Virus record (IMG/VR): IMGVR_UViG_3300025072_000041
Location: 1-26,352 of that record
Source: a virus
Lineage: Duplodnaviria > Caudoviricetes
Length of the DNA stretch: 26,352 nt
Strand: one strand, 5' to 3'
The position numbers and the translations under genes are program-made. The first letter of the stretch is position 1. Every line of letters begins with the position of its first letter. Of the stretch, positions 16,618-26,352 are shown one piece after another. The notes beneath the pieces were generated by a model, which saw only the letters and a list, made by a program, of their open reading frames with translations, ran no database searches and was not told where the DNA came from.

Positions 16618-17066
16618 GAACTAATGCAGAAGGTATTAAGTTGGTTAGTGATTTTGAGGGATTTCGTCCTCAAGTTTATAGAGACAGTGGTGGGATTCCT
16701 ACTATTGGTTACGGTTCTTGTTTTACTCCTAATGGCTCTAGGGTTACAATGGATCATGGAGAAATTACACACGAAACAGCAATTAGTTATCTTGAGTTCG
16801 GCCTACAAACGGCTGAACAAGCGATTGGACGATTGGTTAGTACCCCTCTGACACACAACCAATTCTCAGCTTTAACATCGTTTGTGTACAATGTTGGATC
16901 AGGGAACTTCCAAAGAAGCACCATGAGAATGAAAATAAACAGAGGAAGTTTTGTGGATGCTAGTAACGAGTTCTGGAAGTGGCGTAGAGCCGCTGGTAGA
17001 ATACTAAAGGGTTTGGTGAGGCGTAGAGAAGCAGAGCGTAGGCTGTTCACAAAGAAGGATATATAG
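16614..17066 (+). CDS. endolysin, GH24 lysozyme
   Basis: EGFRPQVYRDSGGIPTIGYG (E-x8-D-x5-T), QF.AL.SF.YNVG, GLVRRREAE. Confidence 0.95.
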   Translation: MRTNAEGIKLVSDFEGFRPQVYRDSGGIPTIGYGSCFTPNGSRVTMDHGEITHETAISYLEFGLQTAEQAIGRLVSTPLTHNQFSALTSFVYNVGSGNFQRSTMRMKINRGSFVDASNEFWKWRRAAGRILKGLVRRREAERRLFTKKDI

Positions 17067-17067
17067 A

Positions 17068-17724
17068 ATGAGTTTTCGTACAGTTATAGATAGTGTGCTT
17101 ACTAGGATGCGAGAGGACACCATAGGTTCCGACTGGACAAGCATCCTGTCTACTTCCTCAGAGACTGATGATTATCAGAAACTTATCGGTGAGTTAGTCA
17201 ACGAGACTAAGTACTACATAGAGGACGCCTGGAATTGGGGTGTTCTAAGGACTATTGAGACAGTAACCACTGTAGCATCTACGGCTACCTATGACATGTC
17301 CGGTCTGGATAATAGGTCCCGTATCCTGCAGGTTATCGACAACACTAACGACCATCAATTGTCTCAGATTGGTGATAATGACTTTTATCATTTCACTTAT
17401 GTAGGTACTACCCAAACTGGACAACCGACACATTTTAGACTTATTGATAACGACATATCGTTCTATCCCACCCCTGATGCGGTATATGACATTAAAGTTC
17501 ACGCTATACAACCTCAGGATAGTCGTACACTAGCCGCAGACACCTTTAGTATTCCTGAACATTTAGTGATCCTAGGTGCTTATGCTCTGGCTCTTAATGA
17601 GCGAGGTGAGGATGGTGGTACTTTAAGTGACGTAGCTGCGACTAGGTTCGCCACTGCACTTACCGATGCTATTTCACATGATGAACTTCGGACTGTAGAC
17701 GAGATAACTTGGTATGCCAGCTAA
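17068..17724 (+). CDS. tail adaptor (tail tubular protein A-like)
   Basis: Size, position, and W.WGVLR, FYPTPD..Y, A.AL.ERGEDGG motifs. Confidence 0.7.
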   Translation: MSFRTVIDSVLTRMREDTIGSDWTSILSTSSETDDYQKLIGELVNETKYYIEDAWNWGVLRTIETVTTVASTATYDMSGLDNRSRILQVIDNTNDHQLSQIGDNDFYHFTYVGTTQTGQPTHFRLIDNDISFYPTPDAVYDIKVHAIQPQDSRTLAADTFSIPEHLVILGAYALALNERGEDGGTLSDVAATRFATALTDAISHDELRTVDEITWYAS

Positions 17725-19351
17725 ACCCACTACACCAGTAGTACTTAAGGGTCTAGGGTCTAAGGGACTTAATACACAATCTCAGAGTGCAACCCTATCC
17801 CCTGAGTGGCTTACTGTGGCTGAAAATGTAGTCTATGATCTTCAGGGTCGAATGGGGCCTCGTCAGGGTGCTAAACAGATTAGCAAGACCTTAGCTTCCT
17901 CAATCAAGTCCTTTGGTAACTACATTAAGTCAGATCGCACCAGAGAATTCTATGGTGGTTCAGGTGCCACTATAGTAAAACTGGACACAACGGTAACACC
18001 TAATAGTCTAACTACACAGTCCTTCGCAGGTACACCTCAAACCATTACCGATAGTAATTGGCAATGGATTAATTTCAATGATGAGTTCTGGGGTATACAA
18101 AGTGGACATAAGGTAATTAACTACGATGGAACTTCTTGGTACGATATTGATGATCTTAGTGCTTACGTTGCTGCTTCTGGAGTAACTACCTTTGACCCCT
18201 CATGTGGACTTGGTGACTTTGGTCGTATGTGGTACGGAGGTATTACTGAGGACGTAGGTACATTATACTACTCAGATAATCTCATTGGTGAGAAGTTGAA
18301 CACCGGGGCTGCAGGTTCACTTGACCTTAAGACTGTGTGGGGTAACGATGAGATAATTGGTCTAGCTTCCCTTGAGGACAAGATCATTATCTTTGGTAAA
18401 CAAAACATAGCTATCTACACAGGGGCCAATAATCCCTCGACAATGGTCCTTGATGACCTCATAAGGGACACTGGTCTCGCAGGTAGGGACAACATAGTCT
18501 ACGTTGGGACCGACATCTACTTCCTTAGTTATGAGGGTCTTAAGTCCATAAAGCGTATCACTCAGACTGACGGTAAGTCTCCAATTGAGGATGTGTCGAT
18601 AGCAGTAAGGAATGACTTAACGAGACTTATTGCCAAAGCGGACTTAGATACCGTAAAGAGTATCTACTACCAAAAGGAAGGTTTTGTTTTGACCTTCATG
18701 CCGGGATATAGCAGAACGTATTGTTTTGACTTTTCCTCTGGAAAAGGGTTGCCACGAATAACCACTTGGACCTTTACTGATGATCCTTTGTGTGGTGTCT
18801 CGACTATTGACGGTAAACTCTATATGGGTATCTCAGACTCCATAACTGAGTACGATGGTTATTATGACGTAACTATTGCAGATGTTACGGGGGCCTATGG
18901 TTCTGAGGGAGTTTGTGTAGCAGCTAGTAACACATGGGAAACATCTACTTGCTGGAGCTACACCAACAACGACTACAACTGGACCTTTCAGTCTCCCTGG
19001 ATGGACTTTGGTGATCAAGTTTTTGCTAAGATACTCAAGAGGGGTCTATTCACAGTTACTGGTGGTCAAGGTGCTGCCTCAACGATTACTATCGCTAAGG
19101 ACTACGAGGAGGACTCGACGTACTCTAAGACCTTTAACTTAGTGACCGACGCAATTACGTATCTTTGGGGTAGTGCGGCCTCACTATACGGTGCAGCTAA
19201 GTATGCACCTGCAGACGGACCAAAGGAGTACACATTACCTTTGGCACGTACAGGTAAAGTCATTAGACTTAAGATGGTTACTGAAGTTTCGGGGAATTAC
19301 TCGAGTTTAGTGAATACTACATTTTTGACCAAACAAGGTAAAATTAGGTAA
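17714..19351 (+). CDS. tail nozzle/stabilisation protein (beta-propeller type, P22 gp10/T7 gp12 equivalent)
   Basis: GLNT at the N-terminus, LYYSD, IYFLS..GL.S, WMDFG motifs; follows the adaptor. Confidence 0.7.
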   Translation: MPAKPTTPVVLKGLGSKGLNTQSQSATLSPEWLTVAENVVYDLQGRMGPRQGAKQISKTLASSIKSFGNYIKSDRTREFYGGSGATIVKLDTTVTPNSLTTQSFAGTPQTITDSNWQWINFNDEFWGIQSGHKVINYDGTSWYDIDDLSAYVAASGVTTFDPSCGLGDFGRMWYGGITEDVGTLYYSDNLIGEKLNTGAAGSLDLKTVWGNDEIIGLASLEDKIIIFGKQNIAIYTGANNPSTMVLDDLIRDTGLAGRDNIVYVGTDIYFLSYEGLKSIKRITQTDGKSPIEDVSIAVRNDLTRLIAKADLDTVKSIYYQKEGFVLTFMPGYSRTYCFDFSSGKGLPRITTWTFTDDPLCGVSTIDGKLYMGISDSITEYDGYYDVTIADVTGAYGSEGVCVAASNTWETSTCWSYTNNDYNWTFQSPWMDFGDQVFAKILKRGLFTVTGGQGAASTITIAKDYEEDSTYSKTFNLVTDAITYLWGSAASLYGAAKYAPADGPKEYTLPLARTGKVIRLKMVTEVSGNYSSLVNTTFLTKQGKIR

Positions 19352-19370
19352 ATAGGAAGAGGAAGTTATT

Positions 19371-20183
19371 ATGGCAGATTGGTGGGACGTAGCTGGACAG
19401 GTAATTGGAGGTGGATTAAGTTGGCTTGGTGCTAGGGACAACGCCGATGCGGCTCTACAGGCCTCTCAACAGTCAGCCGATGCGATTACGGCTGCAGCCA
19501 GAGAGGCGACGAGGGCTGCTGAACCTTGGTCCATAGGTAGCCTTGGTGGTACGGCTCAGTTCGATGATGACACGGGTACTGGCTTACTGAACTTGTCCCC
19601 TGAGTTAGCCCAGGTGTACCAAGGTGCCTTAACTCGTAGTGGTCTATGGGGAGAACAAGCTCTTAAATATGGGCTAGACCCTTTTGAAGCTGCCAATACT
19701 TTTTATAATCAACAACAAGAGTACTATCAACCTCAGGAAGACAAACTACGTACTGACTTGGAGACACGTTTGTTGGCCCAAGGTAGGTTAGGTTCTACTG
19801 GTGGCGCTCATAACATGGGGCAACTTGAGGAAGCCATAGGACAAGGGCAGACACAACGTAGAACTCAGGCCTTCTCTCAGGCCCAGTCATTAATCAACAG
19901 TCTGCTTGGTAGAGAAAGTGGTGACATTGCTACAGCAACTGGTCTCCTTGACATACCACTTCAGTTGAGTAATGTTGGTAGAGGTATAGGCGGTAATTTG
20001 GGCGGCGTTGCGGCGGCGGGACTTAAGTCCAGGGCCGACGCAGCACAGAACCTTAGTGCCACTATGGCTGCAGGTGGTACCGGGTGGGGTAATGCCCTAA
20101 CCGGACTTGGTGGTATGTTTACCAATAACTTTGAACGACCAAAACAACAACCAATCAACATTACCTTACCACGTGGTACATAA
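19371..20183 (+). CDS. internal virion (ejection) protein
   Basis: Gly/Ala/Gln-rich; glycine-zipper ends; RLLAQGRLG. Confidence 0.65.
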   Translation: MADWWDVAGQVIGGGLSWLGARDNADAALQASQQSADAITAAAREATRAAEPWSIGSLGGTAQFDDDTGTGLLNLSPELAQVYQGALTRSGLWGEQALKYGLDPFEAANTFYNQQQEYYQPQEDKLRTDLETRLLAQGRLGSTGGAHNMGQLEEAIGQGQTQRRTQAFSQAQSLINSLLGRESGDIATATGLLDIPLQLSNVGRGIGGNLGGVAAAGLKSRADAAQNLSATMAAGGTGWGNALTGLGGMFTNNFERPKQQPINITLPRGT

Positions 20184-20185
20184 AA

Positions 20186-21430
20186 ATGGCTATTGAAGGA
20201 CTTACGGGAGGAGACATACCTCAGTGGCTAGAGGACTGGTTGTTGTTTTTAGGGGTTATGTCCCCTGAGGAAGCGACTAACGAGATTAGTGCTGTGAATG
20301 ACACACAGAGTTCCAATAACAATGCGCGACATACTGCTATGGTCCCTTTGTCTGATGGTTCCGCTGATCTAAACAATGATCCTACTTATAACTCTAATTC
20401 AAATGTGTCCTTAAGTGACTTCTTCTCCTTGAACAACTTAGGTAAAAGTTTTACGGGTGCCTCTGATGACCTAAGTAAGGCCTGGGGGAACAATAACTTT
20501 AATACAAGTGATTTTATAAATGCCATAACTCCTGGTTTTATGGGGGGTAATACAGCAAGTAAACCTGGGTATTCAGTAACCCCATGGGATCAAGTTTTGT
20601 CTAATTCTACGACATTGTCTGGTGCCACAAGGAACGCACGTAATGTAGATGCATTTTGGTCCAATCAAAACTCTCCTATTATGGGTAAGTTAGCTGGACT
20701 TTCGGCGTTGGCAATTCCTGCGGCAAGTCTTATCCCTGGTGGTTCTTTACTGGGTCTTGCAGGTGGTCTGTTTAATGCTATGGGTGCATATCAAGACCCA
20801 AGTAAAGTTGAAGGTCCTTCCTATTACGATTGGGAAAGTGGTATGTTCGGAGGGGCACTTAACAGTGATACTCCAAGCGGTTATTTCTACCAAGAAGGTG
20901 CTAAAAATAATGCTAATTTTGCTGCAGAACTTGCAGCCTTAGACCCTGGATCACAATCACCAACGTCCTTAGGTTGGGCTTTAAATGCTGATCTTGCCGA
21001 TGCCTTATCTCTTGGTTTAACACCGGACAATATGGCTTGGGGTACTGATTTATTTACTGAGGAGCCTCAGAACTATGGACAACAAATGTCCCAGTACGGA
21101 GTGACTAATGATGAAGCTATTAACTCCCTTTCGGCACAACGAGGTAACGCTTGGAACGCCTTCGCAGCTAACTTAGAAAGCCAAGACCCAACTATAGGTT
21201 ATAATCAGTTGTCCGACTTAGCACAACAAGAAGCTCAGAATATGCAGGGAGAGGCTGAGGCAGCGGCTGAGGCAGCGGCACAGGAAGCGGCTGAACAGTT
21301 CGCTGAGTTAATCGGCGATAACCCCTCAGCAGGCAATACTTATGGAGGAGGTGGTGATAGTCCAGGTGGCTTTGGTGGTGGTTCTGAAGGTGATGTTGGC
21401 GGCATGTCTGGTGCAGACGGCTGGATGTAA
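20186..21430 (+). CDS. internal virion protein, Asn/Ser/Gly-rich with acidic Gly tail
   Basis: Central hydrophobic glycine zipper; low-complexity C-terminus; position. Confidence 0.55.
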   Translation: MAIEGLTGGDIPQWLEDWLLFLGVMSPEEATNEISAVNDTQSSNNNARHTAMVPLSDGSADLNNDPTYNSNSNVSLSDFFSLNNLGKSFTGASDDLSKAWGNNNFNTSDFINAITPGFMGGNTASKPGYSVTPWDQVLSNSTTLSGATRNARNVDAFWSNQNSPIMGKLAGLSALAIPAASLIPGGSLLGLAGGLFNAMGAYQDPSKVEGPSYYDWESGMFGGALNSDTPSGYFYQEGAKNNANFAAELAALDPGSQSPTSLGWALNADLADALSLGLTPDNMAWGTDLFTEEPQNYGQQMSQYGVTNDEAINSLSAQRGNAWNAFAANLESQDPTIGYNQLSDLAQQEAQNMQGEAEAAAEAAAQEAAEQFAELIGDNPSAGNTYGGGGDSPGGFGGGSEGDVGGMSGADGWM

Positions 21431-21459
21431 TACTAAGGTTAACAAAGGAAGATATAGAC

Positions 21460-23253
21460 ATGGCAACTAACAATCCATTTAATTTATTCCAAGGGGCTAC
21501 TCCGGGTGACGTACAGCAACTTATGCGCCAAGAGAGAGCCAAGAGGATACAGGATCAATTTAATACTGTAGCCGCTACTGGTAATGTCCCCGCTGCAGTG
21601 GCCGCTAGGGCGCGTCAGGCACAAATTGAGGCTATTCAAGGTGCCGGTGGTGGTCTCTTAGGGGCCGCAGGTATGCGTAGGGAGGACCCTAGGCTACTTA
21701 AGGCACGTAAGAGAGAGACTGACAAAGCTAAGTACATGGAGATGTTCAAGGACCTTAAGATGGATAGTCCTGAGGACTTCTATAAGATGTCTCAAGTCTT
21801 TATGGCTGATGGTTATATACAGGAAGCTCTTCAACTAACGGATCAGGGCCATGCCTTTAGGAAAGAGGCCAGAGGTGATAAGGGTCTGGACCTTAAGGCA
21901 GCTGCGGATGCATTTGATCGTGAACATAAAACACATGGGATGTCAGTTAAGAACAAGACCTTACAGCTCAATGAACTCATGGCTAGACATGGCCGTCAGC
22001 TTGACTGGTCTAAGTTTGGTCTGGCCGAAAAGGACTACGGTCTTAAGAGGGATATATTCATAGCTCAGGAAGCCTTCAGGGATAGGTCCCAAGGGTGGAA
22101 AGAGAAGATGGATGAGATCAACAACAAGCTGGCTGAACGTGGTTTGGACATCCGTGTGGAGGGTAACAACATTGCCCGTCTTGGTACTGTGGGGAACTTA
22201 GAACTAGGGAAAGCGAGGCTCTCATTTGATCAAGTGAAAGAGTTGTTTAAACAAGACCTAGAGACAAGTAGACTAGGTATTGACAAGATGTTGGCCCAAA
22301 ATAGGGTCTTTGTTGATGGTAAGAACATAGAACACCAAGGGCTGTCCTTAGAACATCGTAAGGAAGTGGCGAAACAAGACCACGACCTACGCCAGACTTT
22401 AGGTATTGGTAATCTTCAACATAAGGCCGCTAGTCTTAAGGTACAAAAGTACGCCACTGAACATGATATAGCACTTAAGTACAAAGGTCAGGCTTTAAAC
22501 GAAAGGCAACACTCAGAGAATATGGAGCTTCTGAGGAATAGGTTTGACTTTGATAAATATAAGTTTACCGCTACTATGAATGAGACAGCCAAGCAACGTG
22601 TTGTTAACATGGAACTTGCTGAACGTAGGCTTGAACTACAGGAACGTGGTATTGATATAGATGAGTTAGATAAATCAGAACGTAGAAACTTAGCGTCTAA
22701 GATGTTTGCTGAGGACAAGCGTATGAACATACATAAGATGTCCGAGGACGAGAAGAATAGGCATCTCACTGAGCAACTTGCTAACTATAGTAACCATTGG
22801 AAGGGAAGGGCAGACGAAGTAGCACGTATGTCACTAACACAGAAGAAGGAACTATGGAAAGAAGAGATGGCCTTTAAGACTAGGATGGCCCATATTGAAG
22901 GGGAGTATACGATAGGTGCTGCTGCCATTAAAGCCAAGGCTCCTAAGCCTACTGAAGTAAAGGCCGTGACTGACAATGATCTATTGGAAATGGAGAACTT
23001 TCTTGAGGCTCATCCTGATATTGAAAAGAGAATAAAGAACTCAGGCATAGGACCTTGGTATACTGGAGGTAATGACACAGAACAACTCTCAGCCCTTAGT
23101 AGTAAATATAAAGCTTGGAAAGGGAAGAATAAAGGAAGAGGAATGACTAACTTCTTTGATGCAATGGTAGGTTCTAAAACAGGAGCCTCTGATGGAGGTG
23201 ATGATAACTTCAAAGGCACTACAGTTAAGAAGAAAAAAGGTAACCAGGAGTGA
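21460..23253 (+). CDS. internal virion protein, long coiled coil
   Basis: Helical K/E/R-rich middle; position among ejection genes. Confidence 0.6.
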   Translation: MATNNPFNLFQGATPGDVQQLMRQERAKRIQDQFNTVAATGNVPAAVAARARQAQIEAIQGAGGGLLGAAGMRREDPRLLKARKRETDKAKYMEMFKDLKMDSPEDFYKMSQVFMADGYIQEALQLTDQGHAFRKEARGDKGLDLKAAADAFDREHKTHGMSVKNKTLQLNELMARHGRQLDWSKFGLAEKDYGLKRDIFIAQEAFRDRSQGWKEKMDEINNKLAERGLDIRVEGNNIARLGTVGNLELGKARLSFDQVKELFKQDLETSRLGIDKMLAQNRVFVDGKNIEHQGLSLEHRKEVAKQDHDLRQTLGIGNLQHKAASLKVQKYATEHDIALKYKGQALNERQHSENMELLRNRFDFDKYKFTATMNETAKQRVVNMELAERRLELQERGIDIDELDKSERRNLASKMFAEDKRMNIHKMSEDEKNRHLTEQLANYSNHWKGRADEVARMSLTQKKELWKEEMAFKTRMAHIEGEYTIGAAAIKAKAPKPTEVKAVTDNDLLEMENFLEAHPDIEKRIKNSGIGPWYTGGNDTEQLSALSSKYKAWKGKNKGRGMTNFFDAMVGSKTGASDGGDDNFKGTTVKKKKGNQE

Positions 23254-26213
23254 CAGTCTTAACACTTGCGGACATACAAAGCTCAGAGACTCTTCAGTCC
23301 TTAGGCGCACTTGCGGGTGACAAGGTTGAGGATGGTGGCTTAGTACGTGTGTTCTCTGAAGATGAGGACGAACTAGGGCAGAAGATCACTGCACAGGACA
23401 TCTCTCAAAGTGAGACACTTCAGAAGCTAGGTGCTAAAGACGGAGACCGTGTTGTCAACGGGGAGTTGATCCAGACTGAACAGGACTCAGCATGGAGAGC
23501 CTTTAGGTACGGCAAGGCTAAGGGTGAGGAAGAGGGTATCGTTGACTATGCCACTAACATACTGACACAACACTTTCCTACAGTGGGCAACATGGTGGAC
23601 TATGGTCTTAATCGTATTGCCCACCATCTTCTTCCGGGTGACCTCACTGATACTTGGGCTGATAAATTAAGAAGCCATAACCGTAAGTATCAATCTGCCG
23701 ATGAGAGATATGGTGAGGGGTTCACTCAGGCCACACCGGACCAACGTAGGGAGATGATGCTACGGGCCAAGGAACGTGCATTACAGAAGCAGTTCAAAGG
23801 TTACGTACCTCAGGGTGGTTTTGCTCAGGGTACCGGTGAAATATGGGGTACACTTAAGGACCCTACTACACTCCTTCCTGCTGGTCAGGGCATTAAAGCC
23901 ATGGTGGGTATAGGTGCGGCTATGGGTGGGACCTATAGTGCCGCTCAGGACTTAGCGACTAAGGGGAAAGTTGACCCCACTAAGGCTGGTCTCTTTGCTG
24001 CTGGTGGTGCCGTGTTACCCGTCGGTATAGTAGGTGGTTTCAAAGCCATCCCTATAGTCAAGAAGGGTGTGGCTGGTCTGTACACTAAGGGTACATCACA
24101 GAAGATAGTACGTAAGGCTCAGGCTCTGATAGCCAAGAAGCAGAGTCAAGGAATTACTGTGACTGAGAAGTCTCTCCCTGAGATAGCACAGGAAATAGGT
24201 GTGTCACCCTCAAGACTGGTTGACTCATACAAGGCACAGAAGGTAGAGCCTAGGTTCCATAGCTCAGTGGACGAGGCAGAGAAGGCACTACAGGCCTCCA
24301 TAGCTGAGGACAGTTCCATGTTAAGGACTGTATCCAAACAGGCAGACAACTTCTTAGGTGCCCTCTCGACACGTATAAAGAACATAGACGATGGACTCTA
24401 TGGTAGACTTATGAAGGCTGAGTTCGACCTACATAAGAACACCCAAGGCTACCTGTCACGTACCGAACCCTTTATGAGACAGATGGACACTTTACCTAAG
24501 GAAGCCCAACAGGAATTAAACTTCTATCTACGTAGTGGTAACTTTGACGCAGCCGAGAGTTGGATGAGAGCCAAGGCACCTCAGTTACTTGAGACTACTA
24601 CAGGCCCCACCAGGATGGTCATACGTCCATTCGATGACGTTAAGCAAGTGTTGACTGACTTAGGTGAGGAGTTGGCCGCTAATGGTCATAAGGTGGACGT
24701 AGAGAACTACTTCCCCTCCAGTGTCAAGAGCTACGAAGGTATACTTAAGGGACTTGGTGTCAAACAAAGAAACATATTTACTAAGGAACTGGAGAAAGTA
24801 GCCGCAAGTAAGAAAAAGACAGTGGGACAACTTACTGACACAGAAAGAGATAGAGCTATAGAGAAGGTTATCAAGGGGAAGAACTTTGATAAGTCTGACG
24901 TAGGGCCTAGGAATACTAAGCAAAGAATGTTGGGACCTGAGGACTTAAGTGTTGAACTGATGAAGCATTATGAGTCCCCTGTCCATGCACTTCAGTCCTA
25001 CATTAGGTCCTCAGTTAACCATGTGGAACGTAAGAAGTTCTTTGGTAAGACTGTGGTGGATGATCTTGATGACGCTTCAGGGATGGACGTAAACGCCTCT
25101 ATCTCTACACTAGTGGAAGAGATGAATGCTAGGGGTAACCTCACTACTGATCAGGCATTAGAACTACAGAAGGTCTTAGGTGCTAGGTGGTCTAGTGACG
25201 GGAAGCAGATGCATGGTGCATTGATTGGTATAAAGAACTTAGGTTACATAGGTACACTTGGGGACTTCATGTCCACCCTAACACAGATTGCGGACACAAC
25301 TAACATCATGGGTTATCATGGGTTTGGTAATACCATCAAGGCCGCATTCAAAGCCAAGGACTTCAAACTGGACGACATAGGTATGGCGGACAGTATTGCC
25401 AGAGAACTAGGTGACTCAGGTAAGTTCTCCAAAACACTCAACAGTGTCCTTAAGGTTACTGGTTTTAAGAAGATAGATAGGTTTGGTAAAGAGACCTTAA
25501 TGAATGCAGTTAAGAAAAAGTACAGTAAGCAATTGAACACTCAGAAAGGTGTCGATAAGTTCAAAGAGAAATGGGGAGACATATATGGTCCTGAAATTGA
25601 CACTATCATAGGTCAACTTCAGAGAGGTGAGAAGACTGAACTTACTAACCTCCATATGTTTACTAAGCTATCTGAGCATCAGCCCATCTCCTACAGTGAG
25701 TACCCCGCCGCCTATATGAACAACCCTAATGGCAGGATATTCTATATGCTCAAGTCCTTTACCCTTAAGCAGTACGACTTGGTCAGACGTAATCTATATC
25801 AGGAGTTTAAGAAGGCAGGTAGTAAAAGAGCTAAGGCTAAGGTAATGGCTAAGGCAGGTAAGGTTGCCGCCTTCATGTCAGCCGGTGGTTTAGGCGTGGA
25901 CAAGACAAAGGATTGGATATTAGGTAGGGACATTAAACCTGAGGACTTAGGATGGGACGCTGTCTATGCTTTGGCGGGTGCCTTTGGTGTCAACAAGTAC
26001 GCAGGTGATAAGTTCCTTAAGCAGGGGGACTTAGCTGGTTTTGCGGATAACCTTACTGACATACCATTGCCTGTGTTCCAAGGGATACAGTCCCTAATGA
26101 CGGGTGACTTCACTAAGACCGCTAAGTCAGTACCCATCATAGGCAGGACGTTACACTCAAGGGCCTTTGGTGGGGCTAAGAAGTACAATAAGAAGCTAAG
26201 GAAAAGTAGATGA
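23250..26213 (+). CDS. large internal virion (ejection) protein, 987 aa
   Basis: GTGA overlap; last and largest gene of the arm; ENYFP and NPNGRIFYMLKSF motifs. Confidence 0.7.
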   Translation: MTVLTLADIQSSETLQSLGALAGDKVEDGGLVRVFSEDEDELGQKITAQDISQSETLQKLGAKDGDRVVNGELIQTEQDSAWRAFRYGKAKGEEEGIVDYATNILTQHFPTVGNMVDYGLNRIAHHLLPGDLTDTWADKLRSHNRKYQSADERYGEGFTQATPDQRREMMLRAKERALQKQFKGYVPQGGFAQGTGEIWGTLKDPTTLLPAGQGIKAMVGIGAAMGGTYSAAQDLATKGKVDPTKAGLFAAGGAVLPVGIVGGFKAIPIVKKGVAGLYTKGTSQKIVRKAQALIAKKQSQGITVTEKSLPEIAQEIGVSPSRLVDSYKAQKVEPRFHSSVDEAEKALQASIAEDSSMLRTVSKQADNFLGALSTRIKNIDDGLYGRLMKAEFDLHKNTQGYLSRTEPFMRQMDTLPKEAQQELNFYLRSGNFDAAESWMRAKAPQLLETTTGPTRMVIRPFDDVKQVLTDLGEELAANGHKVDVENYFPSSVKSYEGILKGLGVKQRNIFTKELEKVAASKKKTVGQLTDTERDRAIEKVIKGKNFDKSDVGPRNTKQRMLGPEDLSVELMKHYESPVHALQSYIRSSVNHVERKKFFGKTVVDDLDDASGMDVNASISTLVEEMNARGNLTTDQALELQKVLGARWSSDGKQMHGALIGIKNLGYIGTLGDFMSTLTQIADTTNIMGYHGFGNTIKAAFKAKDFKLDDIGMADSIARELGDSGKFSKTLNSVLKVTGFKKIDRFGKETLMNAVKKKYSKQLNTQKGVDKFKEKWGDIYGPEIDTIIGQLQRGEKTELTNLHMFTKLSEHQPISYSEYPAAYMNNPNGRIFYMLKSFTLKQYDLVRRNLYQEFKKAGSKRAKAKVMAKAGKVAAFMSAGGLGVDKTKDWILGRDIKPEDLGWDAVYALAGAFGVNKYAGDKFLKQGDLAGFADNLTDIPLPVFQGIQSLMTGDFTKTAKSVPIIGRTLHSRAFGGAKKYNKKLRKSR

Positions 26214-26240
26214 CCTGTCGTACCTTCCTAAAACGTATTA

Positions 26241-26278
26241 TAGCCAGAGAACGCTACCTCTGTAGGTCCTTCTGGCTA
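26241..26278. other. hairpin after the last morphogenesis gene
   Basis: TAGCCAGA/TCTGGCTA and CTAC/GTAG arms; no clean U-tract. Confidence 0.5.
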
Positions 26279-26352
26279 CATACGAAACACTATAGAAAAG
26301 GTTAAACCCCCTATTTTGGGCAAATTACCCCTTGTTTCTAAAGGATAATTCA

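Noticed and set aside
21253-21296. GCTGAGGCAGCG short repeat
   Set aside because: Simply encodes a low-complexity EAAAEAAA helix
3145-26188. Numerous antisense and alternate-frame ORFs of 60-153 aa in the track
   Set aside because: Shadows of well-supported + strand genes with no recognisable motifs
26210-26305. 31-aa ORF ATGA-coupled to the last gene
   Set aside because: No clear SD, overlaps the hairpin, no protein-like features; unsupported
1-26352. Stop-codon reassignment, tRNA genes, introns or inteins
   Set aside because: Core genes are intact and of ordinary length in the standard code; no cloverleaf or intein motifs seen

Overview
Segment of a tailed dsDNA podovirus-type phage genome, with no host genes, tRNA/rRNA, CRISPR or integrase visible. 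Positions 1-2040 hold small early-type genes on the - strand, including a GP88-family Cys-rich protein. Positions ~2040-3080 are a non-coding divergent junction with helically phased short repeats, three RpoN (sigma54) -24/-12 consensus boxes and a near-perfect sigma70 promoter; this is probably the genome-end/terminal-repeat region. Positions 3080-26213 are one + strand morphogenesis arm: terS, terL, portal, scaffold, major capsid, ParB-like and FmdB zinc-ribbon genes, tail fibres, a membrane-protein/lysis block, tail adaptor and nozzle, and four internal-virion proteins. The two-arm layout resembles SIO1/VpV262-like (Zobellviridae-type) podoviruses (inference, not a database result). The most unusual signals are non-coding: the sigma54-box cluster inside the repeat region, a ~28-bp G-U-rich RNA hairpin that follows and can sequester the capsid stop and next start, and two homologous covarying hairpins between early genes. 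Several coupled mini-genes are missing from the ORF track.
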